The notes under the pieces were generated by a model. It was not told where the DNA came from, ran no database searches, and was given only the letters and a program-made list of their open reading frames with translations. Below, piece after piece: positions 14,336-27,467 of a DNA stretch of 64,000 bases; position 1 is the stretch's first letter, and each line of letters begins with the position of its first letter. The DNA comes from Fimicolochytrium jonesii (lineage: Eukaryota): assembly GCF_025526975.1 (NCBI RefSeq), contig NW_026515673.1, forward strand, positions 868,001 through 932,000. Direction: 5' to 3'. Made by a program: the position numbers and the translations under genes.

Positions 14336-15439
14336 TGTGATAGGTGTTGCAGCCGTGGGAAAGTTGCAATTTTCGAGGAGATGATGATGAGAGTGTCGCC
14401 GTATTTGTAGTTTCGCCAGGGGCGGAATCGTGCGAAATCCCAACGGGTTGGATGATTAGTCAGCAACGCTTCGCGTGACTCCTTTTGGCATGTGCAGAAC
14501 GCAGCACCCGCGACTGCCCGCGGCGGCATTCAATGAACAATGCACCCGTCAAAATCGGTATCCCCTGTCCTTGCTCCCAGTATTCTCCTTGCCCTCCGTA
14601 TATTCTGCTCGCAAACTCCTTGCACTGGAGTCTGCGAGGTAAGGTACTACTGGCACATGCTGCACTGCTTCGATGAAAAGCCGGATGTAGTCCCCTGAAT
14701 ATATATTAGCCTGCCCAGCGACTGATATGCATCCGCGAAAAACACGCGGGCAGGATCGTGTATATCAAGAGCATACGCCCTGGGTGAAATAGAAAAAGTA
14801 TCAAGCTTTGGGCCTATATGTAGCCTCCGATCGGCAGCTCAACAGCGAACACTTGATAGCCGGCACCGGTGAACATCTTCAGGAGATATTGTCCGTCGAT
14901 AGCTATCGCTTTTTCATTCACCGCCGCGTGCAAGTAGCGTAGATGCACATCACATCTTGTATATGTCGGAAAGATAGGTAGGATAGAAATCCTCCTGCAC
15001 AGGACAAATGGAACTCACAATGTCTCGCGGCGGGTGACAGCGAAACGAAGATGCATACGTGCACGGCCCAAATATTGCTCTCGCATCTGCCGTATCGTCC
15101 GTCTTCAGGACGTCAAGATAAATGAACCCTCTTTGCCAGCAGGGACGAACCTCCAGGAGCCATCGGAACTACTATAATAGATGGTGGTACTATTCTTTTC
15201 TCATACTGTTAGGGTTCATTGTACACAGATACACGACATCAAAACGAAATGTTTAAAGGGTCCAACGCACAACGCGAAAAGGAAAAGAAAAAGAACAATG
15301 AGCTAAGCGTCTATATACAGTACATACAAAATTTCAGCGGCTATGCAGCGGGTAATCCGACTATGTAAGGTATGAAAAAAACACAAAGCATAGATGGAGT
15401 GGTACATCAAAAAACACGTACGGCGAAGACGTCCATCTC

Positions 15440-17507
15440 TCAACTGGACCCCATAACATTCGTCATCGGCGCATAACTCTCACTCTTCAACACAATATAC
15501 TGCTCCGCATGCGCCTTCAACACCGCCTCCACACGCTCACCCCATTTCAGCGGATCCGGACCAAGTTCCCTCAGACAGTCTCCTAGCGCTTTACAACTGC
15601 CCACGGCGCGCGCCCACCCGGTGCCCATTGGCCAGAAGGGTTCCACGAGGGCGTCGCCGACGAGGGCTACTAGGAGGGTTTTTGGGTGTCTTGTGTTGCT
15701 CCCGGGGGGCGTGAAGGTGGAGGTAATTGCTTTACTGGGTTCGGTAGCGCAAGTTTTGCCGGTGAAGTCGAAGATGGCGACGTCCGGGCGGGGCGGGCCG
15801 CCTTTACTTGACGTGGTTTGGAGGAATTCGCTGTCCGGTGGCACACCTGCCATTGTTGCGACTTCTCTTGCAAATTTGAGTAAGTTGTCGCGGTCGACGT
15901 TATCACGTTGCACCAACTCCACGGGATCCGCGCGGTCTTCCTTGACAATTCCCTTGTTGAGCAGGGTGCTGCGTTTGGGCGTCATGACGAGGTAATGCGA
16001 TTCCTCAGTAATATACGAGGCAAGGTTCTCAAGATCCAGTCCTTTCTCTTTCAGCGAGTTGAAGAAAGGCGCGGAGAGATATGAGACGACTCCGCCCTGC
16101 ATGGCGTCGGCGGCGGCGGGCGAGTGGGAGGGGACGAAGTTGCAGGTGATACCTGTGGCGACGCCGGCGCGGAAGGAGGTACGGGAGAAGCCGAAGTCGG
16201 AGGAGAGTTTGGATTTTTCGCCGCCGGCTAGGACGAGGGTGTTGCATTTTAGGTCGTGTGGTGTTGAGGTGGTAGTGCGGGCTGTCCAGTAGGGGGTGTC
16301 TTTGTCGGGTTCGATGCCTGCTAGCTCGGCTTGGGGGATGACTGTGGGAGCAACGAGTTTGTTGTGTAGAGTGAGTACGGGTCCATTCATTAGACCGCGC
16401 CCTCGAAGTGAGCTTACTCTCAGCGCCTAAACACAAAGCCATCTTCATAAAAACAATCTGCATGCGTCTGATGGCGACGACATCTCGGTCCTGAACGCAA
16501 ATCTTGCGGTAAAAGTCTCTCGCCCCCAGCTGATGCACAAGCTCGTCCATGTCCTTTGTGTGTATCCTCATCACATTCACCCTGTTGAATGTGTCTGAAG
16601 GGAAGAATGAGCGTGAGAAAATGTTTCGTGCCAGTGGAGGAGAACTGAATAATACGTACTTCGCTTCTCAAGCACGACAATCTTGTCACATCTCAACAAA
16701 CACATCTCCACAGCAGCCCGAAGTCCTGCCGGCCCCGCGCCCACAATCAGTGCTCTCCTGCCCGCCGCATTCGATAAGTTTGTTGATGATGAAGTCTGCG
16801 AAACGTAATGTGGATCGCTGAACCGCGCTTCCATGCATTTCCAGAAATCGCCCAGATGGTGTGTCGCAGTCGCTGAATGCTTGTGAAGTAATGTGTATGT
16901 TTCGTACGGGGTCGTTGGCGCGGAGCCACCTTCACGATCTATACACGCCAGCTTCCATGCCTACAGGGGGGAACAAGCACTTAGGTTGTGGGTTGGATGA
17001 CGATATTTCAAACCGACATCATGCCCGCTCCGCTCGCGACAAGGGTGCTCTTCAGCTCATACAAAAGGACGACCGGCTCCGGCCCGCCTTCGCTCGCGAG
17101 TGTGTTGCGCCTTCAGGGCCGTACCCGCTCTGCTCTCTCGCTGTCGCATCCAACCCCTCGCCCCGCTCGTCGCTCTAACTCGCAACTCTCACGAAACCCA
17201 CCTCAAAAGCCTCCAGTATATCCAATAAGTCATCAGCCTCCGTAAACTTCCTGACAAGGGCAAAAATCGAGTTTCCACCACCAGAACTAGTACTACCCCT
17301 TGGGCCAAGAAGTGGTGAACTCGGAGGTAAGGGAGATTGGTTTCGGGGTGTTGCGGTGGAAGATATGGAAGATAGGGAGGTACCGCCGAGCATGTTGATA
17401 ATATCGCTTACGCTTGCTTTTGGGCTGCTGCTGCCTGTGGTGTGTTCGTCTGGCGGTGGAGTGATGGCGTGAGGAAAAGGATGGAGCGAGGAAGCGGAGT
17501 TGGACAT
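15440..17507 (-). CDS. MICAL-family flavoprotein monooxygenase domain protein, stand-alone, multi-exon
   Basis: Rossmann motif 'ALIVGAGPAGLRAAVEMCLL...VLEKR', then 'LGARDFYRKIC...VAIRRMQIVFMKMALCLGAE', 'LDLENLASYITEESHYLVMTPKRSTLLNKGIVKED', 'PDVAIFDFT' and 'LLVALVGDALVEPFWPMGTGWARA'. All parallel the MICAL MO domain. Confidence 0.87.
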
Positions 17508-18926
17508 GAGGGCGAGACTAAGGGGGAGGACAGCGCGTGCGTGGACTGGATAGTTAGGCTGGACGAAAGGAACTGCCGATGCTATCTTGTGTCAATACCG
17601 TCGTCGCCGTCGGAAGTTGCTTTCAAGGAACGTCCTATACATATATGAGTTTCTCTCCAAGGCTGCCGAATGTGCGCTGCCAAGACTGTGAGGCTCTGAA
17701 GCACTCTGAAGTAGGCGTCATCAATCGGGGCTGTGGGAATACGCGACAAGAGCGGCGATACACACTCTGCAGCTCACTCTGAAGTTGCTGGAAGGAAGGC
17801 CAAAAATACTCTCTCTTTGACAACGGAAGGGCTTTCCGAGAATGTTTTCCGAGGCGGTGGCTTCGATTTGTCGCCCGCAATTTGAACGCTTTGGTGCAAG
17901 GATCTGTTCGCGAGCATTTCTTTGCAGATCTATCAAGTACGTCCGCCATCTCCCGCGACAGTTCTACAACTCGACCAGGCTAGATGGCACTCACCATCGA
18001 GAGGAGGCATTGGGATGCTACTAAACATGCCACAGGTGAGACGCAGAGTCGTATGAAGCTGACAAGATCCAGCTCCACAATGAGCGGCGGATGATGTTTA
18101 AAGTTGTCGAGACGCACCGCAGTGAAAAAGGTTCCAGTCTGGAGCCATGCGGCGGGTTGAACCACCCCAAGTACAAGAGTGCGACGTCGAGTGCGAGCCC
18201 CTCTCGACCAGTTCAAACGGAGGAATTAGTAGACGGTACTATTCCAATCTGATGAGGCTGGATCAAGTGCCTCGAAGACAGTCGGAGCGCTCAACATGTG
18301 CTGAACGCACGGCAAAAATCTGACAAAGCGGGGCGAGGGAGCGCACTACAGGACTTTCACGCCTAGATCATAGCCGGGGACTCGGTGAACATAGACCTCG
18401 ATACTGGGTTGGGATCGAGGTTTGTGTTCGCCAAGTGTGATTTGGATGGTCAAGATTCATCAATGTTTCGCCTTTGGACAAGCAGGGTGTCAGAGACGAT
18501 GCCTGTACGAAGACTGATGGCCATATAATGTATGTACAGGATGAGCACCGACAGGAAGGCCATACTCCGCAAAAGGGAAGTCCACACGTCACCCGCGCAC
18601 ATGATGACGCTGGCCTGCGAGAAAACTCCCACTCCAACTCCAGCTCAACGTCGTCGTCTCAAGACTTCCAACGGAAGACCCCCCTTGGCCCCATATTACA
18701 GATATACCCGACGTACTATCTAGTCGCTTATATCAGTAGACACCCATAGTAAAGCCTGCCAAGGTTACTCCGCTGTCCCGATTGCAGCAGCACCGTATTG
18801 TTTCTGCTCCGCCAAGGAACGGAAGCCGACCCGCTAAACGCAAGGTCCACTGAGATCGACCTAGCAAGTCTGGAACAACCCAGTCGGCAGAGAAGCCACT
18901 CCTAGTAACATAAGCTTCCAAACACC

Positions 18927-19963
18927 ATGCCGACCCCACCTCCGAATGGCGACGTGGACATAGCAGCAACATTCAAGCTATTGCTAATTGGTGATTCCGG
19001 AACTGGGAAATCGTCCCTACTTCTGCGCTTTACGGATGATACGTGGCTGCAGCCAGATGAAGTCTCAGCAACTATTGGTGGGTGTTTTAGGGACCACTTG
19101 CGTCCTTTGGGCGACTGGGAGTTGGCGGTGACGACGGTGCCGTGTCAAGGCCGTGCACACACGAGAACAAAGCGTCTCACACTGTCTTCCATTTGTCCAG
19201 GTGTTGACTTCAAAGTGAAGATAGTGGATGTTGAAAATAAGCGGTACAAGCTGACAATATGGGTAAGCTGGCGACTGTTAGCCGTCTTGTGCATGTCAAC
19301 GCAGTCGGTGTTTCTTGTATTTCAGCGAACCTAATTTCTCTTTTGACATTCAAAGGACACCGCTGGTCAAGAGCGATTCCGAACACTGACTTCCAGCTAT
19401 TACCGTGGAGCTCAGGGAGTGATTCTAGGTGAGCCGGCGTTGTCCCTCCTCAAATGGTCACAAAAGCATGCACGAACATAGCACTCACACTACTCCATTC
19501 ACCCAGTATACGACGTATCCAACCGTCAAACATTCGAACATCTCCAACTGTGGTTCAACGAGCTGGATACCTACTCGTCCAGCCGGGACGTGATAAAGAT
19601 TATCGTGGGAAACAAATGCGACAAGGATACGCCTGGCGTGCGGGAAGTGTCTCGGAAGGACGGAGAAGCTTTCGCGAGGAGGATGGGGACGCTGTTCATC
19701 GAAACTAGCGCAAAGACGAAGACGGGTGTGAAGGATGCGTTTGTTGAGGTCGTTCGTAAGGTGGGTGTCTCGTCGTCGACCGAAGAATCAACGTCTGGTC
19801 GAGTTGCCGCATGGCGATTGGTATACTGACGATATTGTCTTCGGCATTCTTGTGACAGATCGCGGAAACGCCAGCATTGTGGCAGAAGCAACAAGGTCCC
19901 CGCCCAGGAGCTGTTCAGCTGCACGGCGAGGAAGAAGAACAACAAGGAGTCTGCGGATGTTAA
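18927..19963 (+). CDS. RAB18: Rab18-like small GTPase, 5 exons
   Basis: '[18 protein letters not shown]', 'SATIGVDFKVK', '[25 protein letters not shown]', 'NKCD', 'ETSAK', 'IAETPALW' and a C-terminal CGC prenylation motif. Confidence 0.9.
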
Positions 19964-20566
19964 ATCCAGAGCTCCTCCGAGGCCTTCCGCTACATCGATC
20001 CCCGTAGGCTCTCGCGATCGATCTCCTCCTAGCTTTCCACGCCCGGAATGTGCCGCGATCGTTCACAATGCAAGATTGCAATCCAACTTCCCTTGGCACC
20101 CCTCGCAACTCATCCCCCCTTGCGACGACGACACGATTTCCGGTGCGCTATCCAGCCGCCTAACCCCCCAGTGTACCTTCCCTAATTGATAAAATCCCCG
20201 TTTCACCGACCTCGGTTTTTGTATTTTGCGCCCTGTTGTTTAGCTACTAGTTTTTCCCTTCCATCGCACCGTAGCACATCCCTTATTCAATAGTCCCTAC
20301 CCTTTTTGCTTCGGTGTCCTTGTCGTTTATCGTATTCGATTTTTGTTAGTTCTTGTTTTGCTCTTGCCCTGTGATTTGATGATTCAGTGTAGCGTAGTCC
20401 TCTAAGTATGAAGTAACTGTATATGTATATCGTTCTATAGGTAACGAGTTGCTAGATTGTTGCAGAGAAGCCATTACGACCATTACTGAACCGTCCGGAA
20501 CTAGCCGACGAACGACGGCGTCAGCACTCATCCACAGAGTCCCTCTGTCCCTCGCCCCCTCCAAGA

Positions 20567-22053
20567 TCACACAAAATAAACCCCATCAAACATCCTAAGC
20601 CGTCCAAACGACCTCGTCAAATCCCCCACAGGTATGCCAACTCCCGCCGCCGCCGCATCCCTCTCAATCGACCGTCTTCGTCCACCCGCTTCCCTCCCAC
20701 CATCCCCGCCATCGTGCTCCCTAACCTCAACAACACCCGCGTACCCCTCCCTAATCGACCCCCCACCAAACGACCCCACGGGTGAGCCCATCAAAACCGA
20801 CATCGACGAGACGCCCATCCCCAAGAAAGAGGACATGGGATTCGAAGCACTCAACGAAGCCATAGACCCGCTCGCGCTCAACGGACTCGGCGCAAGGACA
20901 TCCACCATCCCTGCCGCCAGATCACATCCCGCTGTCAAAGTATGGAGGATCATGGAGGCGCGGGTGAGGGAGGTTGTCAGGTGGTGGGTGCTGGGGCGGC
21001 GCGGGGGGCTCGTTGTGGGGTGGTTGTGGGTGTGATGGTGGGGGTTCGCGTAGTGGGGTGGGGAGAAGGAGGGTGGGGATGAGGTACCCAGGGTGTGGGA
21101 GCGGAGGATGGGGGAGTGGGGGAGGAGGGGTGGGAGGTGGGTGTGGGTTTGGGGGGGTTGGGATGTTGACAGCGCTGTGCGGGGAAGAGATGGGATGCTT
21201 AATGAGCGATGTTATGCTGCTGGGTGGTATTACAATCTTACCGGAAAATGTGGGCGACATGGCTGTGGCTACTATCCCGTTATCCATTCCTACGACGTCC
21301 AAGATGATATCAGTCTATTGAAGTTTTCTGAAGAAACAGCCCAATATGCGGCCGACACAAAGGACATTTCAACCACCGGCCTCAATCAAAACCTACCCCA
21401 AAACCCCACACCCCCCATCCACCCCCTCTCCTTCTCACACTGCTCACACACCACCACCTCCCTGGCTCCCACAACCACTGCCCTCCTCGCCGGCCGCAAC
21501 CCATCATATATCGACCGCGTCGCCAGAACATCATCCCCGTCTTCGCTCCCGTCGGCGTTGAACCGCGAGTGAGGCGGGAAGAGGGATTGCAGGGCGTGGC
21601 AGTCGTGGTAGGTGGCCCAGAACCGTTTGGAGCGGGAGCGGAGGTGCGAGAGGTGTGTTGTTACGGTGGCTTTCCAGTTTATTGTTATTGAGGGGCTGCG
21701 TGTGGTGATGGGCGGTCAGATATTCTGCTCAAATGCACACCTCAACATCTAAAACCAACAAGTAAAGAGCACACCTACCCATTCTCCTCAACCCCATCCA
21801 TCCCAAAAACCTCCCCATCCCCCTCCCCAACATGAGCAACAACATAAGAATCCTGATGAATCTCCGCCAGCGCACAAAGCCGTCTCCACAATGCGGGCTC
21901 CTCGGCGCATTTGCGCCATGAGCGAGACACCCCGCAGAGCAGGCAGAGCGTCTCGCCGGGGAGGTGGGCGAAAATTTTGATGAGCAGTTCCGGGGGGAGG
22001 AGTGGTGGTGCCGAGGTGACGGGGGCGGGCGGGGGTGGGGTTTGGGCGGACAT
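20567..22053 (-). CDS. F-box protein with Pro-rich low-complexity C-terminus, multi-exon
   Basis: N-terminal 'LLPPELLIKIFAHLPGETLCLLCGVSRSWRKCAEEPALWRRLC'. Downstream exons are open on the minus strand. Confidence 0.75.
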
Positions 22054-22482
22054 TCTGTTGAGATGTGGGAGGCAGAGTGATTTCTGTTTATTCGTGCAAA
22101 CTGTATGCGAACCGCTCTTCTTTTAATCGTATGTCGGGTTTTGACGGGGCTTCCTTACCCGCTATCCCCACGTCATTCCTCTAGCTCTCACGCCCCCTGT
22201 TCTCCGTTTCCTCGCCATCCTCGATTTACTTTTCAGCCACACTTCATATTGCATTTAGCTTAATTCGGAGGATTTCCTGTCTGCTGGGCATTGCTTACGC
22301 TCCCTTTGTTTAGCAAGGAGGCGCAATATTGCATCTGACTCCTGGTAAGACGACGAAGAGAGTAACGTCGTTACCTGAAATGCGAGAAATCAGCAAAGTT
22401 TGACAGGGAAAAGCGGCTGACAGAATTGACAGCACCCGACGCTTATGTAATGACGGGGTCAGCGAAGTGAATGGCTAGAAGC

Positions 22483-22695
22483 GGGTAACTCGTGCTAAAT
22501 GTGAGCAACTCGGGTTAGGGTCAGACTACTAGTTAGACAGTTGCCGAGCGGAGCGTGGTAGACCCTGATTGTAGGAGGTAAGGCCGACTCACCGAAGGCA
22601 AAGGGGTTCTTAGGTTTGTTAATCAGATGGTGCAATTTGGCTGTAAAAAAGTCTTATTCTTGAAGTGAGCTACCCACATTTAGCACGAGTTACCC
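22483..22695. mobile_element. MITE (non-autonomous TIR element), 213 bp
   Basis: Perfect 21-bp terminal inverted repeat GGGTAACTCGTGCTAAATGTG / CACATTTAGCACGAGTTACCC, extendable to 29 bp with 3 mismatches. Non-coding interior. No clean TSD. Confidence 0.8.
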
Positions 22696-22899
22696 TAGTC
22701 ACGCCCGTCAGCGAAAATCTGCTTTACTGATCATAACGACGGCTGATTATGCAGCATCTATTGCAGTGATAAAGGTATATTGACTCTTCGGTAACACTCT
22801 ATCTAGAGAGAGTCTACTTCGCACTCGTGGCCAGAGTCTCCATCTATCGTAGGAAGATTCAGTCAGGGACCGGCCCTATGACGATTCTATGTAAATTTT

Positions 22900-23971
22900 C
22901 TAGTTGGCAGCGGGGACAATGTTATGGTTGACCAGCTGCTTGAGCACACGGTCAGCAATGACTTGGTGCGTCTTTGTCGTAGGGTGGGAGTCGTACAGGA
23001 GGAAATCCGCGGGGTTGGGGCAAGCAACGCGGGGAGCGGTAGGGTTCACCCGCGAGACACATGTCTTGAGCACGTCGCCGATAGGCATTTTGAAGCCCCA
23101 CTTTTTGCGGTTGAGCACGATGTATGCGAACTCGATCTCCATAGAAATGGCCACGAGCTTGACAGAGGGGTTCAGAACCGCGAGCTTGATCAGCTCGCCG
23201 GCGAGGATAAGGTTGTGCTGGACCCATGGGATCTGACTCTGGCCTGGGGGCAGGTTGAACACCACAATGTTTTTCGCCCCGGATTTGATGAGGGTGTTGA
23301 CGGAGGCCACAATGTTGCCGACCACCACCTTCGGGGTGAAGAGGGAGACGTTGGCATTCTTGCTCCAGTAGTCGTTGGCACCGGACCAAACGCTGAACAA
23401 AGTCGTGGAGGCGTCGAAGGGCTGGCCGGCCGATGCGAACTGGTTGACCTGCTCGATGAGGCCCGGGAGGCGGTAGTCAATATAACCGTTCGTGTCGGCA
23501 CCAGGCTCGTTGGCGGCCGACGTGGTGGAACCCCCGTACGCGTAGTTGTCAACGGACGCTTTGAGTGTCTGGGAAATGTAATCGGACCAGACGAGACCGT
23601 TCGTGTAGCGTCCTTCGGGGTAGACATCGCGCGGGAAGGGAGGGTTTGCGCCATTCGCGTCCATAAACTTGGCGGTGTTTCCGTTGTCTATAGAATTGAG
23701 AGAATGACAGAAGGTCAGCGGGGAGCTCGTAGCATTCTCTTATTCGACGAAGAGACGGCAGGAAACACGTACCAGACAAGGAGTCTCCAAACACAATCAT
23801 CTTCTTCACACCAACGGCCTGAGCGCCGGGGATCTCCCAAGGGAAGATGGGAAGAGACAACCTCTTTTCGAGTTCAACCTCCACAGTGTTTTCGCGCGTG
23901 GCGACCGGGGCAGCCGACACGGCGGAGACCGCGGCGAGCACGAAGACGGCGATGTTCCTGAGGCCGAGCAT
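22900..23971 (-). CDS. Secreted GDSL/SGNH lipase-esterase, 2 exons
   Basis: Signal peptide MLGLRNIAVFVLAAVSAVSA; block I 'IVFGDSLSDNGN', 'GRYTNGLVW', block II 'NYAYGGST', block III 'WSGANDY', block V 'YDSHPT'. Confidence 0.92.
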
Positions 23972-24728
23972 GTTGGCAAGTGTCGTCTCGTGCGCTTGAG
24001 AACTTGGGATAGTACGAGGTGGTACTGAACACAGGGGGGCGCGCACATCCCCGTTGCTTTTATAGGATTCCGAACATGGCGCTCGGCGGACTAGTGGTGT
24101 GGGTCGCACTGGTAGTCAAAGCCAGGTGTACGGAAAACTTTGCTGCCTGCGCAGCTTCAAATGCGAACCGCTGTGAAAAGGCCATGACGACTCGAAAGCG
24201 GCCGAAAATCATAGGTTCTGTAACTTCAGTTACGCGTTTGATGAACTTACGAAGCCTCCTCCTGATGAGCAATTTTTCGCTACAGAAGCCGTCCCACGCA
24301 AGCAGAAAAGGACACAAGTATAAGACGGCTCCCTATTTCCCACGGGTGGCCGGAAATGGCCGGGCTATGGAATTGGGAATCGACCCAAAACCGCCGGTCG
24401 TCGGAGAAGACACCTGTCTCCGATCGGAAAAGACACCCGTCTCCCATCAGGTGACGGTACCGACTCCATAGGGTGCCACCCGTCAACGCTGTCGAATTCG
24501 CCTGTTGAAGCCTAGGAAAGGAGACCTCACCATCGGGTCAAGTAGTTGAAAGTGGGTTAACCGTTCTTTGCCTCATCCTCCGGCCGATTGGCGTCTTGGA
24601 ATACATCACACTATTCACAGAAAACGGCAATGATGTTTGCAACTTTTGCACAGAGTTGATATGGCTAGCGTTGGACCACTTCAAGAAAATCATGATACGT
24701 CTGCCTCCCTTCGCTGTAGATTCTCAAA

Positions 24729-27310
24729 CTACTTCCGTCCCAGGGCCAAACTGCTAGATCCTAGCTTGCTGCTGGTATTTGTTTTGGGAGTGACCGAAGT
24801 TGTGCCGCTGAAGGCTCCTCCGCCAGCCATTTGTTTGTTCTTCTTGATGGCCCCCGCAAACGCGCGGACCATGGTGGCGAAGGTCGTCTGAACCTTGCGA
24901 AGCTGTGGTAGTAGATGATGGATTAACACTGACGCTAGACGAAAACAGCAATGAGAATCAAGCGCTAGACGATCATTTTCTCATACCTCCCAAATGATGC
25001 TCCTCCGTTCCAGAGCGCCCGATGACTCGAGTGTGCCAAAGTCCAATTTGGTGAGCTGCGCCATCTGAGCTGCTAGGCGCGACAAAGGCAACGTGACGAA
25101 GACGAAAACAGTAGCAATGAGCGCCGCCACGCCCACACCGATTCCAATGCTCATTCCCAAACTGCGCTTGCGGGCGCTGTCAATGACTCCGTAAATCTGG
25201 ACGTTGGAAATGAAGAGGAAACATGGCCGATTCAGCTGGGGCATTGGCGACGTTTGGATTTGCTTCACTTACCTCACTGTGAGGAACAGCGGCGACGACC
25301 AAGAATCGATCTTGGTCTCTCGTGCTCATCTCAACTACAGCCGTGTTGATGATCTAAGCGGTGAAAGTGCCCCACATCAGCGTCGGTGATTGAGCATGGC
25401 TCCACGTACTTTCGAAGACGTATACCCACCCATTCTGTGCCATCGATTTTGGTATTGTACGACGTCCCATCTCCGATTGCGGCCAGAGCGGCCGCCCCGT
25501 CACCGTATCGACTTTTCAACGAACCCTGAATGGAAATCGTGAAGGCGTCGGGTTTCGCCTCGGCAAAAAGGATGACGCCGCCTATTTGCGACTCATCAAC
25601 GATCATGTTACTGCTGGCTGCGATGGTGAAGTTGGCGTCCTGGAAGAACAAGGCCACCACTAGAGGAATCGAACAGTGCGAGCCATCAGCACCGAGTAGA
25701 AAACGCATCGCCTCACACTCAAAAGCATCAAGAACGAGTTCCTACCGCTGTTGGCTACAGGGGGTTTCAATGCGCGAAGTAAATCGTTCCACACATCGTC
25801 AATGCGGAAACCCGCGACACATGAGTAGTCGGGTCTAGTCGCGCCAGCGGCGTAGTGCCTTGAGCCCACAACACCAAGCTTCCAGCCGTTTTGCAGCCGA
25901 GCAACTGGTAAGAAGAAACAAGAAAGTGATTTGAGTCTTATGGTTGTAATGTTATGTACCCCGCGTCAGTCAGAGGAAACACTCACTGGAGAATTCGGGG
26001 ATCGCAGGCGTTGGAGGCTCCTTCCCCAAAATCATCATACAATCTGACAACATCTTTGGCTCGATGTTGTAGGTGAAGGGATCGGCTTTCGGAACACCGA
26101 TAAGCGGTTTGTACTGTAGCGCCGAGGGATATCCAGAGGCTTTGAAGAGGGTCAGTAAGTCAAACATTCAAAGCAGATAATACACAACTCAAACGGAATT
26201 GGAACACTCACTGGAGTTCAAGTAAAAGTATCCGGTCTGATTCATGTACGTTCCTGCGGCGCACCCCGGATAGGCTGGGCGCGTTCCCTCGGCTTTTCCT
26301 GGCTCGGTCACACCTAGGAACGATATCCCGGTGTAGATGGTGTATTGCAGCTATTACGAGCCCAATTAACGCCTACTTTCAGCACCAGAGGGTCCGCACA
26401 CTCAGCACAGCATGAGGACGTTTACTTACCACACCGTAGTCCACCATGGACATCCAGTCATAGCAGTCGTTGACGAGGGGGGTATTTGCACTGATACAAT
26501 GGGAAGAGATCAAAAGTGAACTCCATCATATCAAAGACCATAGCGCAGTCAAGGAATTACTCACTCATATCCGGACTTCCAATGGGCCGAATAGCAGGTG
26601 AGGGTAGACATCTCGTATGTCTCCCCCAAGGAGAGAATGGTGGGGATGATCGACCCAGTGGTTAAGGACTTGGCCGTGAAATTACCTAGATCCACCAGAG
26701 CACACAGGCAAGTTGCTTTAGTACAATCGGATATTGCGGCGCCGGGCAAGCCTTCACTTACTATTGAATGTTTCGGACGTGGCGGGATTCTTCAACAGGC
26801 TGTTGACGAGGGGCACTAGGTTTCTGGCGGGCGCCTCCGCCTGTACTTTAACCTGTATGCGGGAAAATCGGTTCAGGTAATGTTTCCGACGTCGGTTTCG
26901 AATTCAGCCGCGCCTCACATTGGCTAACAGCGCCCTTAAATACTCTCCAGCCAAAAGGTCAGTAGTGTCTTCACTGGCTTTGTTCAGGACGACGGAGCTC
27001 TGTACGAAACAAAGGAGCCAACAGCTATGTAAGTAAGTGGCCTTGGCAGTGCTCCGAGCAGCCTCCCTGAGTCCCTCTGCAATACTGCATCCAGACCGTC
27101 AGAGACTTACCGGAACGGCCACGGCAATGAGAGCCACGAGAACCAGGACGGGCGCGAGAATAATCAGAGGGATGGGGGGAAGAAGGCTCTTGGCATCTTT
27201 TTGCTTCGACTCTTTGGCCAGGTCGCTTTGAAATGGTTAGCTCATTGGGTCGAGCAGAACGTCGAGCAATTGCGCCGATCTAACCTAACGTTCTGCTCGA
27301 CGTCCGCCAT
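24729..27310 (-). CDS. Membrane sensor-like protein: TM, large extracytoplasmic (Cache-like) region, TM, HAMP-like domain; many short exons
   Basis: TM1 'IPLIILAPVLVLVALIAVAVP'; TM2 'SLGMSIGIGVGVAALIATVFVFV'; HAMP-like 'TLPLSRLAAQMAQLTKLDF...SIIWELRKVQTTFATMVRAF'; short Ser/Thr tail then stop at 24729. Confidence 0.65.
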
Positions 27311-27467
27311 TCTCACTTCGGCTCTTTACCGCTGATGGTCGTTTAAGTGACAGATGAAGGTGGCTATAGTAAAGATGGTAAGACTACAGTAACACACAAG
27401 AACATATATCCGGGGGGAGTGGGCGAGACCTCTCTTTTATAGAGGGCGCATATCTCTGGAGAAGGTA

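Noticed and set aside
14680..15430. Possible gene fragment on the minus strand (~14815-14960)
   Set aside because: About 50 open codons with no start, splice support or recognisable family.
18249..18281. CTGATGAG...GAAG read as a hammerhead ribozyme
   Set aside because: Lacks the GAAA core, the stem consumes the conserved GA, and no stems I/III were found.
17600..18900. Several 60-100 aa ORFs between the MICAL-like gene and Rab18
   Set aside because: No coherent exon chain or motif. Treated as divergent intergenic DNA.
22512..22520. GGGTTAGGG telomere-like motif
   Set aside because: Single copy inside the MITE, expected by chance.
22924..23961. Long antisense ORFs (345 aa here; also 54285-55121, 46183-47070, 33943-34764)
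   Set aside because: Shadow ORFs opposite GC3-biased real genes, with no recognisable motifs.
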